Assembly (NCBI GenBank): GCA_038087875.1
Contig: CM075994.1
Coordinates: 4,838,001 to 4,902,000 of the forward strand
From: Malacoraja senta
Taxonomy: Eukaryota
DNA length: 64,000 bases
Direction: 5' to 3'
The notes under the pieces were generated by a model. The model saw nothing but the letters and a program-made list of their open reading frames with translations, was not told the origin of the DNA and made no database searches. The position numbers and the translations under genes are program-made. Numbering within the stretch: position 1 is the stretch's first letter; the number at the start of each line of letters is the position of its first letter. Below are positions 25,820-38,994 of this stretch, piece by piece.

Positions 25820-27353
25820 TTGGACTTAAAAAATCCAATTGCTCTTTTACAAATGCAACACCAATTCACCCTCCCCTCCTGTCCTACCAGGAGCTGAAGT
25901 AACTGTAATATGATGGCAACATTGTTTCGAATGTCGGGTGGAGGATTGTGACATCCCCAAATGTGAAAAGTCGTTGGAATCACAGTTTTCCTGTATTGCA
26001 ACTTTGTTTGTTGGAAGCTGGCACGAAGGATTTTAACAGAAAACATATTCTGAAATCTTCGGATGTCCTTGCTAACGGCACCGCCCCCTCCCCGCACTCG
26101 ATTAAAGCAGATGCTCTCAACGCGCAGGCGCACTTTCCACCACCCTCCCCCCCCCATAGTCATTTTTTCACCTCCCGCTGTGCTGCGGACCAAAGATTTA
26201 GAGGGAGTAATGGCCGCTAGGGCCCCGCGCGACTATAACGGATGCTGCCGACCGGCTCTCCTGCACTACCCCCCCCCCCCCGTCCCGGCTCTGTCACGCT
26301 GGCGGAAGCCACGATCGGTAGGTCTTCGCCGCTGCTTTTCACCGTCCTCAGACCGTTCCGTGCCACGCTGGCGTTCCGTAGGCTCACTCGGGACCACGCC
26401 CACACGCCCCCTCCACCCTCGCCCCCCTCTCCCCGTACTCGGGGTCTGAAGCGTTCGGGAATCCGTCCTCTGTGACGACCCGGAGATAACCGGCTGGCTC
26501 CGGAGGTTCAGCGAGGATGCGCCGAGGATGCGAGGCCATGAAGCCTAGGCTGACCATGAGGCCGACGGCTGCTGGGCGGCCATATGCCTCTCCTGCCTCC
26601 CTTCTTTCCCCATCCCTTCTCCCCACCTCCCCCCCACTCCCCCCTCCCTCTCGCCCCCTCCACCTCTCCCCCCTCCCCCTCTCATCCTCCCCTCTCTCCC
26701 CCCTCCCCTCTCTCCCCTCTCTCTCCCCCTCTCTCTCCCTCCGTCTCACTCTCTCCCCCTCTCTGTCCCCACTCTCGCTCCCCCTCACCCCCTCTCTCTC
26801 CACCTCTCTCTCTCCCCTCCCTCTCTCCTACCCCCTGCCCTTCCTCCCCTAAACACCCTCCACCCCTCTCACTCTCTCCCCCTCTCTGTCCCCACTCTCG
26901 CTCCCCCTCACCCCCTCTCTCTCCACCTCTCTCTCTCCCCTCCCTCTCTCCTACCCCCTGCCCTTCCTCCCCTAAACACCCTCCACCCCTCCCCTACCCC
27001 CCGTCGCAGCCTCCCCTCCCTCCTCCCCACTCTCCTCCCATCTCTCTCTCCCCCCACCCTCCGTCTCCTCCTCCCCACCACCACCCTCTCCCTCTGTCTC
27101 TTGCCCTCTGTCTCTGCCCCTCTCTCTCTGTCGCTCCCCATTCTCTCCCTCTGCCCATTCTCTCTCTGCCCTCATCGTCTACCCGCCCCCTGCCTCTCTT
27201 AATAATATTAATATAATATCAAAGGGGGGTAGTTAGCGTGTGTGTTGGGGTGGTTAGTGCATGTGACGCCGCATGCCGCCCCCCAGCCCCCCACCCCCCA
27301 CCCCCCACCGCAACGGGGCGTTGGAGGAACAGACCCAACGGGTTTCCACTTGG

Positions 27354-27356
<3 letters not shown>
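25820..27356 (+). mobile_element. Possible non-autonomous Helitron-like element
   Basis: Subterminal hairpin ACCCAACGGGT about 12 nt before the end, abutting a (TA)n tract; terminal CTAG not intact; 5' boundary uncertain. Confidence 0.35.
26590..27200. repeat. Polypyrimidine (C/T) low-complexity tract with a ~123 bp tandem duplication
   Basis: The unit tctcactctctccccctctctgtccccactctcg...cctaaacaccctccacccc occurs at about 26744 and 26867. Confidence 0.9.
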
Positions 27357-27424
<68 letters not shown>

Positions 27425-27430
27425 CGTGTG

Positions 27431-27484
<54 letters not shown>
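27357..27484. repeat. (TA)n-(TG)n-(TA)n microsatellite
   Basis: Directly visible. Confidence 0.98.
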
Positions 27485-27488
<4 letters not shown>

Positions 27489-28811
27489 TATATTGAACTT
27501 CCTTTCGCTGTGTGTCATGGTGCTTGCATAATCCTGTCTTCACTTATCTGTTGTACTGCTGCAAATAAGAATTGATTAGTTACGTTTTAGCACATAAAGC
27601 ACTATTGACTTGAATTCATTACTAGTTTTCCAACACATCAAAGATTTCAAATAAACGTGGTTTTACAAATTTGATTATATTTTACCTGCACCAGATAGAG
27701 AAGGGAGACGCCAACGAAAAATAATAATAGCGTGAAAATGAACGCACGTATGCCAAAATATAATTCTTACCGAGGTCTTGGCGAATAGTTTGCAATGTCT
27801 GATGTTCTACGAAAAAAATAACATGTTGATTACTTCCAAATCCTTTAAACATAAAAGTATACAGTTGGTCAAATGTAATGTTTCGATTGTGCGTCTACTG
27901 TTTCAGCGGGTTATAACTAATCTCTGCTTGCCAACCAGAATATGGAATATTCCGATTGATATAATAAAGACCGGTATCATGCAGATATCACATTTTACGT
28001 GTCCATTATAGAAAACAAGTAGGCATTGTCAGTTGAAATTACTGAACGCACTTTTACGTTTTGAAAATATCAACATATACATTTTCTATTCAGGGCTATA
28101 ATAAAAGAAAATCGAAAATATATCTCGGTTTTAGATGAGAAAAAAAACGCACTGCTGGCAGGGATGCTCTGCTGCTGCTGAACTTTATATTCCTTATGGC
28201 GCGAACCAAAACCAAGTGGTTAAGATTGAAATGTACGAAACCAAGATGACATCTGACGTCTGTGAATGATCAACTAACTGAGCCCGTTCAATGACGCGCC
28301 CGTAAAAAAACGTATATCAACGAAAACTAATCGGAACAATAAAATAAACAAAACCTGCTGCAAAGGATTATTTTGAATGTATGAATTAGAATTAGGCTGG
28401 TCGTGTTGCAAAATAACCATTATTTCATCTTGAAAATTAGTTCGACAATAAATGTATAGCCATGCTTTGAAATGAATGATTTTCCAAATGTTCTCTCCAT
28501 CCGAATTAAATGACAGGTTTAACAGCAACAAGAGCATTAAGTGTATTACATTGCTGAACAATGTATGATTTTGCTGAGCAACATATAGTGATTACAACAG
28601 CAGAGAGAACTGCATGGAGACATATCAGGAAACGCGATATCCTGCAGCTTTTGTGTCAGTAACTTGGAACAAATCTTAGAAATAATGCAAATTCCGGAAA
28701 AATCGACCGACGGTGCTGAGAAATATTAGTTGTTGTAAGTAATTAAAATAAACTGCCTTTTCTCATGTTTCTGAAATTTATTTCCAACCGAACACTATCA
28801 AATTAGGCCCT

Positions 28812-29425
28812 GCTCAATTCGTTAATTCCCACCCAAACCAGCGCTCTCCTGGTACTTCCCTTGCAACCGCAGGAAATGCAACACTTGTCGCTTTACCTTC
28901 CCCTTCGATTCCATCCAAGGACCCAGACAGTATTTCAAGATAAGACAGAGGTTCGCCTGCACCTCCTCCAACGTCATCTATAGCATCCGCTGTTCCAGGT
29001 GTCAACAGCTCTACATCGGTGAGGCCAAGCGCAGGCTTGGCTATCGCTTCGCCAACACTTCCGTTTAGTTCACAATAACCAAGCTGATCTCTCGGTGGCT
29101 TAGCACTACAATTCCAACTCCCATTCCGAATCCGCCCTTTGTTTCTTGGGTTTCGTCCATGGCCTGAGTGAGTCGCACCTCAAATTGGAGGAAAACCACC
29201 TCATATTTCGATTCTCACCCCAACGATATGAACATTGACCACCAATTTCAGGTAGTCCTTGCTTTTTCACTCCATCCCCTCCCCTTCCCAGCTGTCCTAC
29301 AGCCTACTGTCTCCGCCTCTTCTTTTCTATTTCCCGCCCCCCACATAAGTCTGTAGAAGCGTCTCAACCCGAAATGTCGCCTATTCCTTCGCTCCACATA
29401 TGCTGCCTTACCCGTTGAGTTTCCC
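28812..29425 (+). mobile_element. Penelope-like element fragment (GIY-YIG region plus terminal region), resuming at 35875-35940
   Basis: ttcgcctgcacctcctccaacgtcatctatagcatccgctgttcc..ctctacatcggtgaggccaagcgc (FACTSSNVIYSIRCS..LYIGEAKR); split by the L1 insertion. Confidence 0.85.
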
Positions 29426-29902
29426 TTTTTTTCATATTCTTATTGTATCTTGTATAATTGGGTTTTTCTTATATATTGTATTGTTCATTTTTTTCGGGGA
29501 GAAGAGGATTGTTCCTATATTACAAGGATAACAATCCTCTTTCTCCATTTTTATCCATTCTGTCTGTTGAGTTGAACTATCCAACCAGTAAATTATATAT
29601 TTTTTAAATATTTTTATTTTATTAGAAGTAAGTACAATTGTATACATTCATATTTTCATAATACCTTTTATGTACAGCTTCTTATTTTTAAATTTTTTTG
29701 GAATAAAGACGAAAAAGAAAAAAAGTTAGATAATGAAAAATAGAAAAATGTGAGATATATAGTGTGTGAACAAGAAAAATAAAGAATGAAAAAAGAAAGT
29801 TGAGACATAGAAAATAGAAGAAAGAGAACAAAAGAAGAGAAGTGAAGAAAAGAAGAAGGAGATCATTTATAATCTTGACCATCCGCGATCACGGATTAGC
29901 TT

Positions 29903-32900
29903 TTACACCTGTTTTGCACCATATGTTTCCAAAAAGACGACAAATGGAGACCAACTCGTTATGAATTGATCAAATGTATCTATTAGGAGGAATCGCATTT
30001 CCTCAAGATGTGCGGTATCCAACATACTTGCAATCCACATTTTGAGCGTTGGTATTGGTGTATTTTTCCAAAATTTCAATATTAATTTTTTTGCTATTAT
30101 TAAACCATAATTAACAATTGACTTTTGAGTTGAGCTCAATTTGTTCCCGTCTTCCATTACCCCAAATATAATCAATTCATTATTGGGTTCCATTTTTGTC
30201 TTAAATAGTTTTGTAAATATTTCGAAAATATCACTCCAAAATCCATGAAGTTTTATACAAGAAACAAATGAGTGTGTTATAGTTGCGTCTTGGGTTAAAC
30301 ATTTATCGCAAATGGGCGATATATTTGGATACAATTTATTTAATCTAGTTTTTGAGTAATATAATCTATGTAAAATTTTAAATTGGATTAGGTTATGTCT
30401 TGCGTTAATCGAAAACTTGTGAATGTATGTCAAATACTTTTCCCATGTAGCCTTCGTAATTTTTATCAATAATTCCCGTTCCAACTCTTCTCTAATTACC
30501 TCGGTCACAGGTAAATCTATATTTAAGATACTATTATATAAATATGATATTAATTTTTGTGTATCAGCTTTTATATTCATTACTTCTTCTAGTAAATCAG
30601 GAGTTATTTTTTGATATCCCTGTATGTATGTCTTCAAAAAATTACAAATCTGAAAATATTTAAAATAATGAGTGTTTTTCAGTTTAAATTTTAATTGTAA
30701 TTTTTGAAATGATAATAAATCTCCAATTTCATACATGTCCCCGATCCTTTTAATTCCTAAACTTTCCCATTGATTATATATTTTATCCATCATAGATGGT
30801 TTAAATAAAGGATTATTCGCTATCGGTGTGAACAATGATAGGTTTCTTAATTTTAAGGATAATTTTATTTGTTTCCATATTCTTATTGTATCTTGTGTAA
30901 ATTGGGTTTTTCTTATATATTGTATTGTTCATTTTTTTCGGGGAGAAGAGGATTGTTCCTATATTACAAGGATAACAATCCTCTTTCTACATTTTTATCC
31001 ATTCTGTCTGTTGAGTTGAACTATCCAACCAGTAAATTATATTCTTAATATGTATTGCCCAATAGTAATACAAAAAATTAGGGAGTGAAAGTCCCCCGAT
31101 ATCTTTTGGTTCACATAAGTGTTCTTTTTTAATTCTATGTGATTTATAATCCCAAACAAAATTAGTAATATTAGCGTTCAGTTTAGAAAAAAATATTTTG
31201 GTACATATACTGGTATAGATTGAAATAGGTATAATAACTGTGGTAGGAAGCTCATTTTAATAGCATTTTTATTCTGCCTATTAATGATAAAGGGAGTGTT
31301 TTCCAAAATGTTATCATTATATTACGTTTATTTATTAAGGGTATAAAATTGCCATTGAATAAAGCTTTATGTTTTCTAGTAATCTGAATACCCAAATATT
31401 TGAATTTTTCTGTTGCTATTTTAAAGGGGAATTTCAATAAGTGTGTGGATTCTTGAGGTGTTAACGTCATGATTTCACTTTTGTTCCAGTTTATTCTATA
31501 TCCAGAAAAGGACCCAAATTCCTCTATTACATTTAATAAATTTGGTATGCTCGTTTGTGAATTTGTTATATATAACAAAATATCGTCTGCATACAATGAA
31601 ATTTTATTATTTGAGTCCCTAGTATTATAACCCTGAATATTCGGATGGCTTCTTATACTTTCAGCCAGAGGTTCTATCATAAGGGCAAATAGCAGGGGTG
31701 ATAAAGCACATCCCTGCTTATTAGCCCTTGATAATTGAATTTTTTGTGATAACATGCTGTTAGCTAATATTCTTGCCATCGGTTTATCATATAATAATTT
31801 CACCCATGCAATAAAATTCTCTCCCAAATTAAATTTTTGTAATACTTTGTATAAATACTGTCATTCTACCTGATCAAATGCTTTCTCTGCGTCCAAAGAA
31901 ATAATTGCTAAGTCTTTTTCCTCCACTTTATGTTAGTACATTATATTAAACAGGCGTCTCAAATTATTAAATGAATATCTTTTGGCTATAAACCCCGTTT
32001 GATCAGGGTTTATCAATTTACTAATATATTTGCTTAGTCTTCTAGCTAAAGTCTTTGCTAGAATTTTCTGGTCTGTATTTAAAAGTGATATAGCTCTATA
32101 TGAGCCCGGTTCCTCTAGATCTTTATCTTTCTTTGGAATAAGCGTAATAGTCGATTCTGCTAATGTTTCAGGTTGTTTATTTTCTTTAAAAACGTAAGTA
32201 TATAAATTAAATAGATAGGGGGTCGTTATCTCATGAAACCTTTTATAAAATTCATTACTAAAACCATCTGGTCCCGGTGTCTTACCATTTTTCAGCGATT
32301 TTATTGTTTCACCTATTTCTTCGATTGTAATTTGCGCTCCTAGTTCTTCTTGTTCCAAAAGGTCAAGTTTTGGTAGACTACATTTATCTAAAAAGTTTGT
32401 AATTTTACTATCTTCTGTTTTGGTTTTTGATGTGTATAAATTTTGAAAAAATTGAACAAATCTTTTATTGATATCTTTAGGTAGTGTTAGTAATTCACCA
32501 TTCTCGGATTTAATTTTATTTATAGTATTTTCATTTTCCTGTTTTTTCAATTGACGCGCCAACAGCTTATGTGGTTTGTCACCAAACTCAAAATGTTCCT
32601 GTTTTGTAATTTGGAATAATCTTATTACTCTTGCCGAGAGAATTCGGTTAAGTTTAAATTTCAGTAGTATTATCTTATTATGTTTATCTATAGTGGGATC
32701 TTTAGCATTATCTAACTCTAACTGTCTTATTTCTTGTTCTAACAGCATCTGTTCTGTTTTATTCTTCTTATTTTGAAAAATTTCATGTGAAATTATAATT
32801 CCTCTAATAAATGCTTTAAAAGTTTCCCATATTAAAGAAGGTGAGGTACCTGGTGTATCATTTATCTCAAAAAATGATATAAATTGTTGTTTCAAATATT

Positions 32901-33713
32901 GATAACCCTGTAAGTCATTTAATATATATGTGTTAAACCTCCAAAAAAAATTATTTCCCGGCATTCCTTCAAATTTTACTAAAAAAGACAATGGAGAGTG
33001 ATCAGAAATACTTCTGATATGGTAAGTTGGGTTAATTATGTATGGCATTAATTTCCTATCCACTAAAAAATAATAAATTATTGAGTATGTTTTATGTACC
33101 GAAGATAAAACGAGTATTCCCTTCCTGCTGGGTTAGCAGATCTCCATACATCTGTTATGTTAGTATTTTTTATATATGTATTTAGAAATTCACTAGTCTT
33201 AGATTTTATATTATTCCCTCTTTGTTTTGCTGATTTGTCTAAGTATGGATCTAAAACACAGTTGAAATCCCCTCCTATTATGACATTTTGATAATTAAAC
33301 TCCAGTATTATATCTATAATTTTCTCAAAGAATTGAGGGTTATCAAAATTCGGAGCGTAAATATTTACCATAGTTATTGGGGTAGCATAAATTTCTCCCG
33401 AAACAATGATATACCTTCCCTCTTTATCTGATATAGTATTCTTTAATTTGAACGGTATACGTTTTCGAATAAGAATAGCCGTACCTCTAGATTTAGAAGT
33501 AAATGACGAATAATATGTTTGGCCTATCCACTTCGCCTTTAATCTAATTTGTGTTTCCTGTTTCATGAGAGTTTCTTGCAAGTAAATTATGTCGCTTTTC
33601 AAAGATTTTAGGTGAGCAAAAATGTTACCCCTCTTTATTGGTTCATTGGCACCCCTTATATTCCAACTACAGGATGTGATTCCTCCATTCTCTATTTGCC
33701 TATCGTCTTGCAT
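29903..33713 (-). pseudogene. L1 ORF2 (APE endonuclease, RT, C-terminal cysteine-rich domain), frameshifted
   Basis: SWNIRG, LQET, IIGGDFN, SDH, KTPGPDGF, YRAISLLNTDQKILAK, QGCALSPLLF, YADD, FKYLGI, CDKC..H..C; split over at least four ORFs. Confidence 0.95.
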
Positions 33714-34672
33714 TGTATATCAAAGTGATATTCTTGAAACATATGGTGCAAACAAATACCTCCGTGTTCTGGACGTTGGGTGGTCATTCCAAATTTTTAA
33801 GTTTACATTACATCTCCTTCTCCAAAAGTGCCTTAGATAAAGCAAGAAAAGTTGTGATTTACAATTAATTAAACACAAGCTAAGTTAATACAAATTTGTA
33901 TAGTGATTTAAAAAAAAAGTGAAATTAAGGTATCTAAAAGCAGGTACCTTAAAGACAAATAGCCACCTAAGGTGGCGTAAGAATTATAGACTTCCGTTGA
34001 TGTTATTTTACAGTGAGCCCCAATCGCTTATTAACACCTCGTAAAAAAACTACAAACCGTCTCATATCTTGTTTATTCTTGTATAACTTTATCAAACTAG
34101 CGTTAGTAAAATGCCCCCCCCCCAAAAAAAAAAAATTATAATTATAATAACAAACATACGCAAAGATAAAATATTGAAAAGTTTAAAAAAAAAATAATGT
34201 AATTAAACCCCAAATCGAAATATAAACCACAACCTATTCTCATTTCTATAAGTATTTGTACCGTACCAATTTATCTAACCAGCTACCCTACAAGCAGGTA
34301 CCGAGGGGTTAACCTCATTCCTGGATTTTTTCCAAGTTTATGTTGCGTTCCCACTCAAAAAGAAAGAAAACATGTTAGTAATGTTATAGACATTTTGGTT
34401 AATTACAATTTATAAGCAATGGTTTATTCATGATTATTCATATTTACTACACACACTCACAAGTCATTAGTTTTGTTAAAGTTAGTTAGTTAATTGTAAT
34501 TAGCATATAATAGTTAAATATTAATGTTATCTCGTTCTTTGTACAAGAGCTTTTCATTCAAGGTTAAGCAATGTTCTGAAATACATTCCATACAGATAAG
34601 CTCCGCAACTGTATGAAAAATCCGCCAGTTCCAGCTCCATCTTAAAAATTAAAAAGTTCCTTGTTCTTTCCT

Positions 34673-35696
34673 TTAGTCGTCTTCTTCCGATGTTTCCGAT
34701 GCTTTCCTCATGATATCTTCTGCATATTTAAATGCTTTTTCTGGGTCCGTAAATGAGCGCGCATTTCCCTTATAAGTAATTTTCATTTTTGCTGGGAAAA
34801 CAACTCCATATCTGATTTTAGAAATACCCCTCAATATGTTTCTTGTCGGTGTAAACAAGTTCATTCTCTGGACAATCTCTGGAGGATAATCACGGAAAAA
34901 TCGGATCTTTTCCCCACGATATATCAAATTTTCACCATGAACAATCTTCTTCAGTATAGATTCCACTGAAGAAATATCAAGAAATTTCACAATTATCTGT
35001 CGGAGCAGCATTTATGCCTCTTGAGACACGTCCAACTCGTTGAACAGTATCTATTCTTAGTTCTTCCGGCAGTTTAAAAACCTCTTTGAGTAATTCAGTA
35101 ACGAAAGTACGTGTTTGAGATACATGTTCTTCTCGTACTTCTCTTACGCCAACGATTCTCAAATTCTGCCTTCTCGCTCTCGCTTCCAAGTCCAAACATT
35201 TGTCAGTCATTCTTGCCAGCTTTTCTGCTTCATCTTTCTTTGATTTTTTCAGACTGTTTACTTCCATGATCATCTCTTTCATATAACTTTCCATCTCTTC
35301 CATTCTCTCGTCAATGTTGTCCATCTTAGCATTTACACCAACAAGGTTCTTATTATAATCCTTTTCAACTCTAACAATTTCTGAGTTAAGTTTTTTATCA
35401 AACTCATTATGTTGCTTCTTCAGCTCCTTTAACTCATCACAGGCACCATCAATTTTATGAGAGAATATTTCCATATTATTCTCCATACTCTTAATTGTCG
35501 TAGTAATTTCTACAAACATTTCCTTTACCTCTAGTTCTTTCTTTCCTCCTTTTGTAGCCATTTCCAGCACAACTCCTTGGCTATCGGACTCCTCCTCGGA
35601 GCCTTCTTCAGTTGTTTGCAGACTATCCAAATCACTTTTCAGCTTGAGGCTTATAGCGGCTTTTTTTGGTGCGCGTGAACAAGTCCTCTTGCTCAT
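34673..35696 (-). pseudogene. L1 ORF1 (coiled coil, RRM, CTD), one frameshift near 35000
   Basis: Coiled coil followed by LEARARRQNLRIVGVRE, RQIIVKFL, KIRFFRDYP, FPAKMKITY. Confidence 0.92.
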
Positions 35697-36229
35697 TTAA
35701 AAGTCCCGATTTATACCGCGATTTTGCCGCGATTTAACGTCGTTATCTTATGATGTTTTCCTTATGCAAACCAAGCAGCTCCGTTGAGATATTTTCAACT
35801 TTAAAACGGCTTTTTGATATTTTTTACGGGAGTAGGGCTCACTGCAGCGTCCTCAATGTTCCATGACGCTACCGGAGTTTCCCCAGCAATTTTGTCTACC
35901 TTCGATTTTTCCGGCATCTGCAGATCTTTTTAAAATACTATAATAACTATAAAATAAAAGTTGATTGACAATTTTACCTGCTTTCCATTCACGTAATATT
36001 TCTTCTGTAAGGTCATATATCAAAAGCAATAGGGGTTTAAATTGTATAAAATAAATGCAATTGTTTTAGCAGCATGTTCGCTGTTTAAATCATTATTCTG
36101 AAGCGGCTCACCAACATATTCTGCAACACCTACAACATAACCTCCCAACTCCCATAATCATTGCTCTATCTGATTAAGGTTATCATGTCAAACGCAACCT
36201 TCACTACCCGTCCATTAGCGACACCATGT

Positions 36230-36960
36230 GCATGGAGCTAAGTATTTGTCTACATTGGTCCCTTCGCTATCCAACACCTCCCAGGGCACTGACGTTCACT
36301 GTGATGGTCCCGCCATGGGTTGCCTTACCACAATACATCACCCCATTCTTGCATAGAACGAAAAGTACTACAATAACTCATCGGGTGAGGAAACATATTA
36401 ACTGTAAAAGTACAACTAGGCCTTGTGATCTAATCTTCCATATTATTGTACCATGTGGCCCTTCTCGAATAACTCGATGTTCACACAGACCTCCATCCCC
36501 AACTTCCAAAAGAACAAAACTTCCCCGGTCCCATTCCCCATCATCTCCTATCCGCAACAACAACAAATCCTCTTTGCACACTGTCGTTAAATGCTCCATC
36601 ATCACCAAGGCAATCCACTGCTCTATCCGCAGTTCGGCTATCACGCTTTCAAAACCTCAACCTTTGTCACGCCTACAGCTGTTCAGCCGCAACTGGCTCA
36701 GTAATGTTTCCGTTCCGAATATCACAGTACCATGAGGCAAATCACACCATTAGATTTGCCGCCTTACATGTTGCACTTGCGCTGAAATTAATTTAATTAT
36801 AAAGTCTTCCCTCCACCTTCGCCGTGCCGTTGGCTCTCCTGGGTACTGAACGTTTCATCTTGAAAACAGTATTCCCCTCAACTATATATCTACAACTTCT
36901 CCGCACTTTAAGACATGCGCCCATCTACATTAAACCCTCACGATTTGCAACAGCAAATCT
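36230..36960 (-). mobile_element. Highly decayed LINE (CR1-like) fragments
   Basis: ccctcccagggcactgacgttcactgtg..tgggttgccttacca matches the CR1 minus strand; the remainder resembles an endonuclease-region relic only weakly. Confidence 0.35.
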
Positions 36961-37639
36961 CCCTTCAATTACATATGTCTCCGTGTAATTCAAATGCAAA
37001 AACTCACTCTTGTAATAGGTCATCAGACGCCTAAAATGATTTACAAAAAGTGTTTCCCGATACATGCACCAGTTCCTCAGCGAAGCATTCTACTGCGTTA
37101 TCCTTCCATTTCTTTCTTCGCGAGGAGTAATGCACAGATTGCTACCAATGTAGTGCTGCTTATTCTCCCTTATCATAAACTCTCTCCATTTCCATTCTAT
37201 TGGACCCCGTTCTTCCTGTCTGTGTCAGATGGAAAGAAAGAATGGACATCGTTTTGTTATGATTATCAGCAACATATCGTAACTCACCATCAAATTGCCA
37301 ATGCTTCTTCAAATCTGTTATGAAATATATTTAGGTACGCCAATTACATATGGCATCGGAAATATGGAACAGCATTACATCGTTTTAAAATTAAATATAT
37401 GAGAAATACAAAACCGCGAACGAACACTCATCAACATATCAGAAGATAATATTACTTAGATTAAAAGTTACCTATTTCTTGATGTTGTAGTTCCTCATCT
37501 GTGAAATGAAAATTTGTGCATTTAAATGAAGGCTATTGCACCAAATCGGAGAGGGCATGCAAAGGCTAATGAGAAGCTGGACGACTCTACCTGAACAATT
37601 GGTGAACAATTGATCATTATTGTATTCAAAGATAATACA

Positions 37640-37995
37640 AGGCGCAGCGGTAGACCGGTAGAGCTGCTGCCTTACAGCGATTGCCGTGCCAGAGTTTGAA
37701 CGCGACTACGGGTGCTGTATTTTTGTTGGTTCTCCCCGTGACCGCGTGGATTTTCGATATCTTCAGTTTCTTCCCACACTCCAAAGGCGTACAGTTTATA
37801 GGTTGCAGATAGACAGAAAATGCTGGAGTAACTCAGCGGGACAGACAGCATCTCTGGACAGAAGGAATGGTCGACGTTTCGGGTCAAGGCCCTTGTTCAG
37901 GTTTATAGGTTAATTGTCTTGGGTGTGGAGACTTGGTTAAAGTAGAATTGTCCCGAGTGTGTGAAAGCTTGTGTTAATGTGCGGGGATTGCTATG
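37640..37995 (+). mobile_element. HE1/V-SINE interrupted by a short Penelope terminal fragment (37808-37900)
   Basis: ggcgcagcggtaga..gctgctgccttacagcg head; the insert gacagaaaatgctggagtaactcagcggg.. is flanked by duplicated ggtttataggtt-like sequence. Confidence 0.75.
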
Positions 37996-38994
37996 GATTT
38001 AGAGACTTCTCTAACTTCGAATAGCCCTTGCTTTCCCATCCCACTCCATCTCTTCCCCTTCGCAGTTTTCCCACCTGTCTTAATGTCTCCGAGTACATTC
38101 TATCTCTGTCCTGCCCACTCACCTGACCTCAGTATAAATAAGGTTCTCGACTGGTAACATCACCCATTCCTCTCTCCATAGATGCTGCCTGTCGCACTAT
38201 AAATTTAATTTGTTTGACTTTATCTTGAGACTTTAGAAATAGTGCGTGGAAACAAGCCCTTTCAGGCATCGACTGCGCACCGACCTGATTTTTAGGTTGC
38301 CAAACGACAGTTTAGCTGGTCACTTAAGACTGTTTGCATGCCGCGTGCGAATTGGTGCTCGGATGAAGTGCGTAATTACCAGTCGGAATTATGCTCAGTG
38401 AGCATTCACATATTATTTCTGCTTCTTATAAAATCACAAACTAAACATATTCACCAATCAAGACATGATATATACCACAATGACATGCAGCAAACTTATA
38501 ATACAATATCTGAACTCGTTTTACACATTGCAATTAATGCAATTTCTATTAGTTCTTTCCACTTCCAAACAGAAATGTGGTTGGATGATTCAGCGTATGA
38601 TCAACCTGTGTCAATAAATCCTGGACCATGGTAACATATATGCTTAACCTTGCACACTACAGATTGATTCAAGCATGTTTTCTGTGAAGGTCCGAACACT
38701 ACCATACAGAAACACTCTCGCTTCCCACATATTTTTTTCATAACAAAATATACAGGTTGCAAGGACATTTCTAAAGGCATTTTATGACAATAGCTGTTAA
38801 AACCGACTATACCCATGTGACAGGCTAAACATTACACTAACTGAAAAGAGATGGCCAAAGGGCATAACTGAAGCAAATTAAATATTAAAAGTGTCAAAAC
38901 GCCAACTTACCGGACATTCAGATTAGATGTACGTGTTGTGAACAGCAATGAAGTTATCCAGTTTGTGCGCACCAGATTTAAAAAAAAATATTGA

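Larger units (their letters stand above)
29426..35874 (-). mobile_element. Full-length L1-clade LINE with 9-bp TSD GAGTTTCCC and 3' extra segment
   Basis: TSD at 29417-29425 and 35875-35883; 5' UTR, ORF1, ~0.95 kb spacer, ORF2, A-rich 3' UTR and tail at about 29600-29620. Confidence 0.95.

Noticed and set aside
26384..27575. Long Pro/Ser/Leu-, Glu/Arg/Gly- and Ile/Tyr-rich ORFs
   Set aside because: These are translation artefacts of low-complexity and microsatellite DNA.
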